A DNA stretch of 49,663 nucleotides, counting the filler, from Rhizocarpon geographicum (lineage: Eukaryota): NCBI GenBank assembly GCA_964257585.1. It is 2 parts of 2 records of this genome, joined end to end, with 100 filler letters (N's around TTAATTAATTAA, not from the genome) between each part and the next. Parts side by side here need not be neighbours in the genome. Positions count along the whole stretch, not along the records: positions 1 to 24,793 come from CAXVFU010000329.1; 1 more part is not named here. One strand, given 5' to 3'. Each line of letters begins with the position of its first letter. Position 1 is the first letter of the stretch. The notes beneath the pieces were generated by a model. The model ran no database searches. It worked only from the letters and a program-made list of their open reading frames with translations, and was not told the origin of the DNA. Position numbers and translations under genes: made by a program. Positions 1 to 12,837 of the stretch are shown here, in pieces.

Positions 1-154
1 AGGAGATAGGTGGTCAGGAAGCAGGAGGTAGATGGTTAGGAAGCAGGAGATGGGTGGCTAGGAAGGAGGAGGTAGATGGTTAGGAAGGAGGAGGTAGATG
101 GGCAGGAAGAAGAAGATAGGTGGTCACGAAGGAGGGGATGGGCGGTTAAGGAAG
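1..154. repeat. 22-bp purine-rich minisatellite, about 7 copies, cut by the window start
   Basis: The AGGAAG/ACGAAG anchor recurs at 16, 38, 60, 82, 104, 126 and 149. Units resemble AGGAAGCAGGAGGTAGATGGTT. Confidence 0.85.
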
Positions 155-675
155 TTCCTCTGGAGTAGTATAGTGACATACGGTCGTGGAGCATAGGTTC
201 AGATTCAATGGTAGGAACGGAAGCAGATAAATCGACGCCAAGTCCCCCACAGCAATTTTATCACTCACCCTAGGTATTTCTCAACCCATACAATATTACC
301 AACGTGCCTATGATAAGCGCATGAAACCCCTTGACGGCAAATATCGGAATACGATGCCAGTATATCAGCGCCTCTATAAATGTATACAAGGGCCCCCCCT
401 GCCCGATCTTATGAATAGCATATCGTGAATTAATCGCTACCCAACAAACCCCCACTGTGTCAAGAAATGATGGATGCTGAACTAATAACGAAAAAGGCAT
501 GTGCTTCTGACAGTATATTGTCAAACATATCAACAAGCCTGATGAACGCACTTATCTCTTCCATTCTGCCGAACTTTCCGGGGAAAATTTTATGCAATCA
601 TATAAAAAAAACCCAGGACGTTTGAATCCGCGAGAAAACCTCTACGCCAAAAATCACAACTGTAGATTACTGTTT

Positions 676-2586
676 TTAGAAAATCTCGAGCAAGGCCGCA
701 TTAAGCGCCTTATCGACGGCATATCTTCGATACCCCGGCGCACGGCCGAGACAAACACTTTCTTGAATCATTCCTGCTCCGCGTTAGTTTTTCTCCGCCC
801 CGGGCAAACAAGCAAGGGGAATGGCGAAAACGAACCATGTAAGAATTGGCCGACATCCAGCGTCGCTTTGCGTACGAAAGGCGCAGACGGGTACGTATCG
901 GCGAAGATATGGTGGGGTGGGGGATACAGGCCAAAGTCTTTGAAGACGGGGTCGTTGAAATCTTCAAAGGAGCTCGTGGATGACATGGGAATGTTGGGGA
1001 ACGTCGTATCGTCCATCCAGGCGAAGTCTCGCTTTTGCGGAAGCCCAGGCGGCGAGGGAAGGGATTCGTCCGTGGGTTCGGAAAGGGCGAGGATTGGGGA
1101 GTTGGTGCTCGAGACTGGAGATGCGGAGACGGCGGAGAGGGGGATCTCGGCGTAGGAAGACCCGCTGTCGAGAAAGACGCCTTTCGTACGGAGATATTGA
1201 TCGACGTCATTCGCGTCGAACCATTCACCGTCAAGGCCACTGTGTTTGATGCATTCGACGATATTGTGGTCTTTGTAACTCAGATCTTCGGGATCTTGCC
1301 ATTGTGGTGGGCCTATGGGTTCGCTCCACCAGTTCTCCGGGGGCGGCGTCATATCATTGTTGATTTCTGGCCGAGGGTAATGGAGTCCCGAGCCACCAAT
1401 GTGGAAACGCGGTGAAGACCATGCCTCAAGGTTCTCGTTGTTGGAGGCTGCTAGTCTTCTGGTAAGCCGATCGATCAGTGCTGCTCGACTGGTGAAGCAA
1501 AAGGTGAATTTGAACTTGTACTTGAGCTGGCTTGGTGACGAACGAGGATCCTTCAGCAGCCGGAGACCGTTTTCAATCGATAAGCGAAAGAGGCGTCGGG
1601 CGAAAGTTGATTCGTGGAAACTGTATGTCGTAGGCGGTTTGATGAATTTATGGGGGAATGTAGAGGCATAGAGATTAGCTAGTGATTGACCAGATCTTTG
1701 CCCGTTGTTCCATTCGGAAATTTTATTTGACATCCAATTCGGCGGAGACTGGCCATCAGAGTTGATTGTATAGTCTGGCTCGTATCCTGCATTATGCATG
1801 ATATCTCTGCTATCGTCTGACGAAGAGTCAAGGGTGAGTCCGAAGGTTGATGATGATGGTTCAGATCGATCCTCCGAAGACCAAAATGCCGACAGGGAAG
1901 GGTGGTCAATTCCAGTATCAACTTGTAAACTATCAAGGGTATTATGGTACGAGTCATTGGTCACATTAGGCATTACAGAATCCTTGTCTACGTCCTCTTG
2001 GGTTTCGTCGGATCCAATATTCGCATCACGAGAGAGTCGAAGAAATGTTTCCCTAGTCGTTGCAAGATGACTTCCCAGGCTAGGCTGTGAACCCACGAGT
2101 CCTTCTGAAACAGCGGTATTGCTGAAATTGCAAAAGGCTTGATTCATTTTACCAATGATTCCTTCCAATTCCGTAGCTCGGCCACTCAGACCGGAAATGG
2201 TAGATTCCTTTCGTTGACGGTAAGCCCGCTGGGCTAGTCTAATCTGAGTCCGCCGACGCTTTCATATGTTAGAGCAGTAGAAGAAGATCAGTTTCTAGAG
2301 AGCACACCTCTGCTACCGTCTGATCTTGAGGATCGAGACGAGGTCTTCCCCTTGTATGTACCTTGTCCAAATCATCGGCACTCTTGATGTCTCGCTTGGT
2401 CTGTTTTCGCGGTCTCACACTACTCTCCATGTTGGTACTTTTGGAGATCCGCATGTGTGGTGATGGTGTTCCCTTGTTCGATAAATCACGTTTCATGGGA
2501 GGACTAGAGTTGCTACCCTTTGATGCCGGAGTAAGCAGGGTGGATGGAGAATCTTTCGAGTAATTTTCGGAGGAAATCAGATTCAT
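676..2586 (-). CDS. Fungal bZIP transcription factor (3 exons)
   Basis: The spliced basic region reads RGRPRLDPQDQTVAE|RRRTQIRLAQRAYRQRKES followed by a zipper. Introns are 2307-2259 and 835-774. The last exon reads MIQESVCLGRAPGYRRYAVDKAL...EIF*. The start could be 2586 or 2496. Confidence 0.85.
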
Positions 2587-3226
2587 CAGCTCCACCGCAT
2601 TCGAGACTATCAAGTATATACTCTCAATATCAATAATTGTAGCCTTTGCACCCTGTCTCCATGAGGGAAGCGTTACACACCATGTCTGCACAGTTACGAA
2701 GGGTGCCTCTGATGGATGATACGGTACAGAACAGAGATGGGTAATTGTAAAGCAACCTACAATTCAGTGACTAATGCCTCCGATTCAAGCCCCGATAACC
2801 CCGATGTAGCCCTCAAGGTGATCAGTAATCCCGGAATTGTCCATGATTGGGAGTTTTATGCTAATCATAGGGACACGGGACGTCACCGTAGCAATCTCGG
2901 CAATGCATATATCGTTGTCTGAGTCAGCATCGAACACGATTCAAAATCACTGGGAATGATCGCAACAGGTCAAAGATGAGCGATTCGTTGCGAGAGCATT
3001 GTCTATCCGAAAGAAGCCTCATACAACTGAGTGGTACATGCGGCTGTGATGAATCATGCATACCACGCCACAACACGAGCACGGTAGGCAGGCGTCATGA
3101 CGGTTTGGTATGAAAACATTCTATCATTATGTGCCGAGGTGCAAGCTGTGTTTATGGGCACACCTCTCGATCCCTCTTCTTCCCCCCCTGAAATTCCTGC
3201 TCGAACATGACAAAGGCAAAACCCTC

Positions 3227-6200
3227 TTACTCGTCTTCTTCGGCCTCGGTGGCCTTGGTGCCAAGATAGTACCGAGTATTGCCCTCCTTGTCTTTGCCGT
3301 GCTCAACCGCCAACTTGGACAGGTGACCGATGATGTTCTCCATGTTCGTATCGTGTTTGCTACGCGACTTGCGTCCTAGTTCATCGAGCCAAGTGATCTT
3401 GTTCATAAGGTAGTAGACAATGGCAATGACAATTGTGACTCCGATCGAATAGGCCCAGACCACGACAGCTGTAACGACGCTAGTACGGCCGTTACGCTCG
3501 AAATGAGCACGGTCTCTGGGGATGTCGTCATCAGGGGTTGAGCCACCGCCGGAAATCCAGCCGAAGATACAGAATAGGGTCGAGAGGACATCGACACCGA
3601 AAATAGCAGCAACCAATTGCCATGATGGCCACGTTTGACCACCGCGGGTGACAAAGATGAGCCAATTCTCGGTAAGAGAGATTTCGAGGAACAGGACTTC
3701 CTGGATAGAGCCGAAGTTCTCGATGATACCACCGTTAGGCAAGTACATGGACCCACGGACCACCCAAGTTGCAAGAGCGAGCAGGATACCGAGTACGACA
3801 CTGATGATCCAGATCTTTGGAAGTTGCCATTCGACAGGACGCTGCTCGTAATGGGCGTTGTCGTAAGCTACAGCAATGGTTGCAAGATCGGCGAACAATG
3901 CTAAGAAGACGACGAGGTCAACACGAACAGTTTCGTTGATGATGATCATGGAAGTAACCAGGTAGATTTCGAGATGGAGACAAAGCGCAATACGATATTG
4001 GATGTATGCCTTCATCCGCTGGAAAATTTGTCGAGCAATCTTGATGGCACTAACGATTGTGCTGAGACCTGGAGCGAGGAAGACGATATCAGCTGCAGCT
4101 TGCGCAGCTTCCGAAGCACCTTCAACGGCAATACCACAGTCCGATTTTTTCAACGAAGGAGCGTCGTTGACACCGTCACCGGTCATGGCTGTTAGATGTC
4201 CTCGCTGTTGAATCATTTCTACGACTTGGTATTTGTGTTCGGGGAAAACTTCGGCGAATCCATCAGCGCGTTCGACCAAATCATGCTGCATAGTCCCAGT
4301 AAGGCCGCCATGAATGAGTTTGTCAGAGTTGTAAACTTTAGTCCCGAGTTGAAGCATCTTGCAAGTCTCCTTGGCGATAGCAATGGCATCACCCGTCAGC
4401 ATCTTGACTTTCAGCCCGAGGGTTTGAGCTTCCGTGATGGTTTGAGCAGTATCTTCACGGGGAGGGTCGAACATGGGCAACATGCCGAGAAGCATCCAAT
4501 CGTCGTCACCTTTCTTGACTGCGACACCCAATGATCGGAAACCACGACGAGCGAAATCCAAAGCCTTGGCCTTGTAGAAATCCGAAATTTCTTTCGAGCA
4601 ATTGGTCAAAGTAAGGATGGCCTTGGGAGCGCCTTTGGCGCAGATGTAACGCACGCCGTTGCATGAACACTCGGTGGTGATACGCTTGGAAACAGGATCG
4701 AAAGGCGTATATTTGTGGGTTACCCATCCTTCTTCCAGATACTCACGAGCTCTAGGGTAGCGTCTAAGAGTAAGGATCGTAACTTTATCAATGGGGTCCA
4801 AATTCTTGATGTTGTGCGACGAAGCCAAAGCAGCCACGGCCATCATCCAGTTGACATCTTGGCCTTCGGTGACATACGGCTCTCGGATACTCAATTGATT
4901 GGCTGTAAGGGTACCAGTCTTGTCGGAACAGAGTACGTCGACACCCTTGTCTAATCAGTAAAATTTGGAAAATGGATACAGAAGTACATACCGCCAACGA
5001 CTCAATTGCTGTCAGCTTTTGCACGATAGCCTTCTCTTTTGCGAGATATGCAGCTCCCACCGCCAAGGTAGTGGTTGTTACAACAGGTAAACCGACGGGG
5101 ACACCAACGATTAGCAGAATGAGGACGAAGTGCAATAAATTCTGCGAGCTCTGGTCTGGAGTAGCAAGCTTCAAGTGATGAAAGAAACCACCGATCCAGG
5201 CAAGAAGGATCCAGAAGACGACGAGAACTAAAAGTGACGTTCCGATGGAGTTCATAATCGCCTTGAAATGACCTTGATCTTTGGCACCTTGTACAAGACT
5301 AGCAGTCCGGCCGACGAAAGAAGTCTTTGCCGTGGCAGTGACAACACCGAAAGCTTTGCCACGCTTGCAACCGGTGGTGTAGTAAACTGTATCACCCATG
5401 TATTTGTCGACAGCCAAAGACTCTCCAGTAATGGCAGATTGATCCGTAGCGAGGAGAGAATGTCCCCGATGTTGCTTCTCTTCCGGGTCTTCCCCTTCCG
5501 CTTCCTTTTCTTTCTTGGCGTCTCCTTCGTGAGCTACCTCTTCTTCCTGCATTTGTTTGTATTCGGCGAAAGCTTCGGGGTTATCGTAACCGCAAATCAC
5601 TTTGCAGTCGGCGGGAACGACTTGGCCTTCTTCGAATATAACCTAAGCAGAATCAGTACACGTCAAACCTAGAGTATGAGAAGTATGATGAAACGTACAA
5701 TGTCTCCAGGTACAATTTCGCGGGCTTTGATATCTTGTTCTTGGCCGTCTCGGACGACGACTGCACGCATGGCAATATCACCTTTGAGACTAGCAACGAC
5801 ATCGGCGGCTTGCTTTTCTTGATACCATCCGACACCGGCATTGAGCAATAGGATGGCGATGATGACACCAAAATCAATCCAATCGCGAAGACCAGCGGAC
5901 AAGAGGACGGCAAGTTCCATGACTAATACAAACATCAACAACGGAGCTTCCGGAAGTCACCATTTCCTTGCTTACCGTAGAGAATGGGGCCGGTGAAGTA
6001 GGATAGGAATTTCAAGAACATGTTTTCCTTTTCGGTCGTGAGCTCGTTCCAGCCCGTCTTCTTTCTCCGTGCTTCGACATCGGCACTACGAAGACCGGCC
6101 TTGATGTCCGTCTCAATCCAATCATCGGGTGTCTCAAAATCGGTATCGTCTTTCTTGGCCTTTTTGCCCCAAAACTTCCACCACGGCTTCTTCTTGCCAT

Positions 6201-6387
6201 CATCCTCCAGACCCAGAGCCGATGCGGTTGATTTCCGACGACCGTCGCGATAGGTGGAAATGTACTTTACCAATTGACCATATTCATCGAGCTCGCCGGG
6301 GTTTGGATGATTCTCGGCCTTTTCCTTGTCGACGTTACCGTTCTCCAGGTCCCATTGGATATTATCGTTCATACCGGGCGGTGCCAT
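3227..6387 (-). CDS. pma1: Plasma-membrane H+-ATPase (P3A), Aspergillus PmaA-like
   Basis: Motifs are TGES, CSDKTGT (phospho-Asp), KGAP, DPPR, MLTGD and TGDGVNDAPSLKK. Introns are 5975-5923, 5698-5643 and 4991-4946. Confidence 0.96.
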
Positions 6388-7632
6388 TGTGACCGACGGC
6401 GGTGTTAGCAGCCCCGCGTTGATGACCGTCGGTGAGATTGAGGGAAGTGAAGTGTGGAATGGAATGTAGGAATAAAGATGAAGGAAGCGGGGATCTAGGA
6501 ATGCGAAGGGATTCCGTGGAGTTGAAATGGTCGGTGGATCAAAAGCGAGAAGAAAAACAATAAATGGGTGGAAGATTATAGCCTTTTTGTACGGTCGGTA
6601 GCTTCCTTCTTAGCTCAGTGTGTTGGGCGTAGATTGCAATATTTGAGTGAATGAGAGGTTCCGCCGGTGCCGGTTAAAATCGCGCACTTAACCCACTCAG
6701 TCGCTCCGTAAAGCGACCCAATCCATTCCGCACCGAGAACTCCGCGCAATCATCAAAAATTAAATCACTCTACATGCAGACTTTTCACAAGAGTTCCACC
6801 CCTTCAAGCTTCTAGAATCCAACCATGGCTTCCCAGCCAAGAGGTGGCATCATTCATTACACGCCCGTGGAAGCTCCAGCTCAAGCGCCGTATGCTATCT
6901 AACCCGAAAAGGCTTCAATGTTTGCATGACGGACCGTGCGCGGGGTAATCTTGTGATGTAATTTGCGCATGGGGGGGAGGGCAGCCTTGCCGTGGTGACT
7001 TGTGAGTGTGACCGTCGGCTTAATGCCCGTTAAAACACCTCGCATACGATAAGGCGCTGCAGGGCATCACCTCGAACGATGAGACCGTGAAGGTACCATT
7101 TGAGGCTGAGGAATCTTGCGAGAACCGTCACGAGCATGTGTAACTGTACGGAGTGGTAGAGTGAGCACCCCAACGGTCATGAGAACCTGTGGTGTGCTGG
7201 GCCTCAAAAGACAGCTCATCAAAAAGATCACAATCAACGCAGCGTGAGTCAGCAATGAATTGAGTTTGCAGGGGGGTAGCTTTGGACCTGTTGCGATTCG
7301 CTGTGTCGCCGAGCAAGTCAGGCCCCTTTGGGACTAACGCCATGAGCTCCGCACGATTCCGAGTAAAACGGGCAATGATAGGCGGCGTACATAACCTCAC
7401 CTCTCTCATCGTATCGATGGATTAAATCACTGGAGATCAGAGATCTGATAGACCAACTAGCAATAAGATCCGAGGGTGTGGAAACGTGCATTTTGGGTAT
7501 CATATTCATTCAATATTAATTTAGATGACTCCTTTGCTATGCTTTGGAACTCCCTGCCAACTCCAGCGGCTGTATCATCTACCTAGATTAAAATCCCTCA
7601 TGGTCCCTCTTCTTTAAAGTTCTCATTGATGA

Positions 7633-9310
7633 TCATCGACTCATCACCTCTCCGTCCATGATAGCCGAAGACGGATGCGCGGTCTCGTCCGTCTTCTCAT
7701 TCATTGCTTCATGTGCTTTGGTTTCGTCAAGCTTTACGAAGATCCAGCCCCGAATTCTTCCATCGTCTGCTAGAATTTCGCGATCCTGGCCGATCAATCC
7801 TTGCGTCTGCGCCGCAGCATCCTTCGTGTGAGGGTCTACGTGGCCGTTAAGCTGACGCCTGTGGTCAAAAGATGTCACAGGCTGCTCTTCCATATCGAGG
7901 GTGGAAGTATCCGCAACGTCAAACTTGCTCATACGTAACATTTCCAGAATTGCTCTGACATTCAACCGCAATGTTCTCTCGGGTTCTCCAGCGCCAAAGG
8001 CTTTTTTCGTCGCCCATGGAAATATTACTCCAAAATCAGATTGACTAAGGTGGGCAGAAGAGACAGGGTAGAAGATGAACGGCGGCGACCCACTCGCTGA
8101 TGACGAGGGTACCTCGGCGGACGGATTTTCGGAGACTGCGTGCTTGAGTTGCACCAGATTACCTCGCCATTTGTAAAATGCATCACTAAGTACCGCAAGA
8201 ATGGTCGATCCACCGGACCCTCCGGGAGAATAGGATGGAAGAGGTTTTTGCCAAAGCCAACGGGTCGAGGCGCTACGAAGAGGAAGACACCATAGATCTA
8301 GTAAGCTGATGGGCGAAGCTGGGGTGATCTGATGGACGATGGAAGACGGATCCGCTGTGTTGGACGGCGTGAAGAGTGGCGTATAATTTCTCGGCGCTGA
8401 GCGACAGTCGCGGTAGAATACTGATTTGACGAATTGGACAACTGTCACCGCGCCAAATGAATGACCTGACCATGCTATAGCGCCAGGAGTATGCAAATCA
8501 AGAGAAGATATAAATTCTGTAAGATCTCCGGTGTGGTTCTTGTCAGCTCCCAAATTGGTTATGCGCTCGCCACGATCAAGCTTCAGCAGAGCTTCGTGGA
8601 CTTGGTCTAGCTCCCACAGCCTGATCTTAAGCTGCTCGTCCCGACCAGCTTCGACTTCCGGACTCTGAGCATGAGACATAGGGCGATAATCGATTGATTT
8701 GCCAAAGGATCCGTCCGGATTCCTGATGTATGAGATGGGGCCGCTTCCATCTCGGTGCTCGGGGGCGACAACTACCATGCCATGGCTCGCAAGGGATCCG
8801 ACCAGATGACTATATGTGTTTCTCGATCCGCCCAGGCCGTGAGAGAATACCATAACCGGCCATCGGCCAGCTTTTGTAGTCGGCTTCAAAAGTAGCGCAT
8901 TCCGAATTGCAGTTATCGAGATGTAGGATAATATGGAAATAATGGGTAAATAGCTGTCGGTAGACCCATTCAGTCCCTCGCCTTCTCCGCACCAATAACT
9001 CTACTGGAGGCATTACAACTCACGAGATAAACGCGGCCAATTTGGGACTTGCACCTAGAAACCTCGAATACGCTGTCACATATCCACGCTGCGGCTCAGG
9101 GATCCAATATATATGCTTATGCGATTTGGCGGAGGGTTCACATGGATAGAATATTCGGAAACTGATAGTGGAAATTTTCGGGTCTGGGGATTGTACAGTT
9201 GAATTGAGTTCTGCGACTGGTATCTCGACATCCTGTGTGCCAACGCTATAAGGTCCGGTATAGGAAGGAAAAGATGGGACAGGATTGAGGCGAGAAAGAA
9301 TGTGGGCCAT
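7633..9310 (-). CDS. Platelet-activating-factor acetylhydrolase family alpha/beta hydrolase
   Basis: Motifs are GPYSVGT, RIFYP, FSHGLGG, EHRDGS, nucleophile GHSFG and HLSQSDF. Intron 9023-8954 joins the two ORFs in frame. Confidence 0.9.
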
Positions 9311-9727
9311 TATGCTTCAGAACCACTTCGTAGAGTATTCGGGAATATCAGCGCTAGCAACGCCTATACACAATATTGACATGCAACTCTCTATATATCC
9401 AATAACAGATGCAGAAGGGTAATAATGCATCCAACGCCCCCAGGCACGCGACCACGAAAGAAGACTTTGAAATGATGACGAATTTTTTCTCTCTCGGCGG
9501 TGGCGGCATGTCGGCAATTGGATCGAATCGTGTGCCATCATTCCTCATCAGTCCTAGCTCCCTTTCGGGCCGCAAGCCGAGGTTTGGTTCCTGGAAATCA
9601 CTCCCGTATCACTACTAAGGTAGGCAGCAAGATGAATACATGGAGCGGAGACATTCTCCGTCGAGCTTCACGGGGACATCCAGCGACAACAGAGCTTCGA
9701 CGTGCAGAAGCCTAATTGCTGTCAACC

Positions 9728-10572
9728 ATGTACGCCGCAACGAGGCCATTGCCTTATGCGCCTACACCCTATAGCTATACTCCCAAATCGGCTGTATCGG
9801 CCACCATAAGTTTAGACGAGGTATTTTACACATGGGATAGACCCCTCCCCCTTTGCGCTGACTAACTTGGGTGAAAAAGGAAGTCAAGCTCTCGTCCAAT
9901 ACCGCAGAAAGAGACCTCTATGACTCGCTTGCCGAAATCTACAGTATTATCGTCACGTTAGATGGTCTCGAAAAGGCATATATCAAGGATTCAGTATCCG
10001 AATCGGAATATGCGGAAATATGTAATCGACTCCTGAAGCAGTACAAGTCCAATCTCAGCGATGACACTGTATCGAGGAAGTTTATCGATTTGGAAACCTT
10101 CAAGAGAACATGGGACGTACGTTCTTTCCTCCCCGCAGAACAAGAAGAGCGGAGAGACCGCTGACAATAGTAGATGGAATGTCCCCGCGCCACAGAGCGC
10201 CTCCGCGTTGGCCTCCCCGCTACCATCGCCGATGCTTCCTCTCACCACACTTCCACGCCTCACCCCACACAGCCCACAACTTTCGCTTCCTTCCTCCAAA
10301 TCAACAACGCAACAGAACATTTCATCACCTTCCTCGACGCCTTGAAACTCAACATGTTATCCAAAGATAGTTTACATCCTCTGCTTTCGGAGGTGATACA
10401 ATCCGTAAACAAAGTCACAGATCGGGATTTTGAAAATAGAGGGAAGATTATACAATGGTTGATTAGGTTGAACGGGATGAGAGCTACGGAGGAGCTGGGG
10501 GAGGCGGAGGCGAGAGAGTTGGCTTTTGATATGGAAGGTGCTTATGCAGGATTTAAGGGGACGTTGAATTGA
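9728..10572 (+). CDS. VPS28: ESCRT-I subunit Vps28
   Basis: Motifs are ERDLYDSLAEIYSII..LEKAYIKD, MECPRATERLRVG and FITFLDALKL..D.LHPLL. Introns are 9821-9879 and 10117-10173. Confidence 0.95.
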
Positions 10573-11519
10573 TACACGATGCTGCTCGAGATATCATCCG
10601 TACTAGTGGTCATGGTCTAACTCCATACCGGAGGAACCCTTGGATAAGATTGGTGCTACGGTTGAAAGGGTCCTGCCGATCTCTACTCAGTCATGGTTCC
10701 GTAATCCCACCTGTTCGGCTGAACCAACAGCATTGACCCGCAAGGTAAGCGTACCCCCATGCCAACCGAATTCAATCTAGTAAATACTTAAAGGACACCT
10801 TTTCCTCGCCTCCCCAAAGCGACAATCACAACACGGATATCTACACCTTCGCCTTCAAAGGTAACAAATCACCACCATCAAGTCAAAGATCAAAAGACGA
10901 TGCTTCGTACGCGTTACAGCCCATCGAGGTCTTACATTTCTACCCAGTGCGAGAGATGGGTACAATCAATCTTCCCAACCTAGCGACAAGGAATCGCAAG
11001 TCGACCTCTGTGATCGGTTTCCTCATGGGATATGGATCATGAAGCAACAAAATATTCAATCTGTACTCAATACAGCCAACGACGTAAATTAGTCGACAAA
11101 GACGGATATATCCCTATAGACGAAATTCCCACAACTCATCCAATCTCGACGCCTTCGTGGACCTTACTTTCACACATGTTTTTCTATATCGTGTGCAACA
11201 ATCACCCAACCCTTCGCCAAACACAACATTAGCATAAGCTGATATTTCATCTTGATATGCTACCGATTCATCACGTTCTGAGGTATAGATTGCAAAGATT
11301 CGATGGAAATATTCATGGAAACACGGAAATCTTAGCCCTTGCTGTCCCTAGCTCCGAAACATCTCATATCTTGAATAATCCTATCCTCCCATCTCCTCAT
11401 CCTGCTATCCTGTTATCCCTTGCCACATAATCCAATCCACACAGCCTACATCATCTCAAACCACCACCTTTTCCTCACTGTTCAGGCATTGAACTATAAA
11501 CTAAAACCGCATATCTCTT

Positions 11520-12130
11520 TGTTAGGATTTCAAGACATGGGTTTTGTGCCTTGGTATTATAGTTTAAGATGTTGGGTAGGTGAGTTAGGAGGGTTGGGTT
11601 GATTTGATGAATGAGTCATGAGATTAGAGGGGGTGTGAGGGGAGGTGTGAGAAGAAGTGCATGTGGAATAGTGATTTGCGAGGTGTCATGCTATTCGAGA
11701 CCATGCATGAGATTAGAGAGTGGCACTTTGTGGTGTGCTTAAAAAGAATTTTGAGAAGGGAGAGGATTGTGTTTTTTCTTTCTGAAGTTTTGTTAATTGA
11801 AAGAGGAATTTTAGATGAGAGATGTAAGAAGAATTAATAAATTAACTTTTGAGGATATGAGTTGAAGAAGTTTGCTTAAAGGTTTTGTTTTCTCAGTTTC
11901 ACAGGATAGAGTAGTCAAGAATATGTAGAGACATTTTCTCTTTTTTATACTTGAGTGCTGAGATCTAGGAGATAGCATTCCCTTTAAACATTGAATATTA
12001 AAACAACATAAAAACTCTTGGCAGATCAAAATCACGTATGGATTTTCCCTTCACAATCATGCATTTTGGAAATGGAGGAGTAAAGTGAGTCATGCTGAGA
12101 GTCATATTTTGAGATAGCTATATGAAGATG
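11520..12130. other. AT-rich, CpG-depleted degenerate tract (possible RIP- or methylation-eroded repeat relic)
   Basis: Only about 3 CpG in 610 bp. The plus strand is strongly C-poor, there is no credible ORF, and CATGAGATTAGAG occurs twice. Confidence 0.35.
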
Positions 12131-12837
12131 TAACAGAGAGATACCCATGTTCCCATCATCAGGAGCAAATAAAAGCCATTGGAATCACAAATAGCGAACC
12201 GAGATATAAAACGCCATCGTTAAATCAGATCCCATTGAACCAACCCCTATAGTGATGACACATACATCCCACCTTTCGAATCCAACATCTTCGCTTCGTG
12301 AACTCGTAATTTACTCTTCGTGATAGGTCATACCGTTGTTGATCATTATGTGCCGTAGCGGGTAGCGGAATAGCATCATCGACGCAGCGATAGCCAAATT
12401 TGACGCACGTTTGACATCTGTGCCACGTAGCTTTGCCCCACCTCTGAACGACTCTAGTGAACTACTGCCCTAGCGGTTGACAGGTGTGGCCATCAGAGTT
12501 CTAGACGAAATAATCGTTTCCTCCATACCCAGATTGCGGGACCTCCATTCTCTACAGTCCAACCTTCGCATCGTGTCGGTTCTGGAGCTGCGAAATATTG
12601 TGCTTCCGATTCATCTGAGATGAACACCAATACTTGCATCCAGGGGTGCGTAATATCTGTGAACGACTCGCAGGGACACATGGCGCGTGGACCGTTGAGG
12701 TAGAGATAGGGACGCCGGATCCCTTCTTATGCAAAAGTTATGAGTTTCAGGGTTGTTATCCGGCAACTTCGAGCTGATCAGCTTCCAAATGCGATTCGTA
12801 GAAAATATCCCGTCTTAGAATTTAGAATACGAGGCAA

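Noticed and set aside
1..154. CRISPR-like or telomeric array
   Set aside because: The units are contiguous with no unique spacers, the DNA is eukaryotic, and the repeat is not TTAGGG-based.
270..551. 93-aa minus-strand ORF
   Set aside because: It has a non-ATG start, no recognisable motif and no supported splice path.
592..2070. Plus-strand ORFs over the bZIP gene, and similar antisense ORFs over pma1, DRS1, CPS1 and the repeat protein
   Set aside because: They are shadow frames of real genes and have no independent motifs.
11411..12135. TGTTA...TAACA as the ends of a 725-bp solo LTR
   Set aside because: The flanks (TATCC and GAGAG) do not form a target-site duplication, and there is no second copy in the window.
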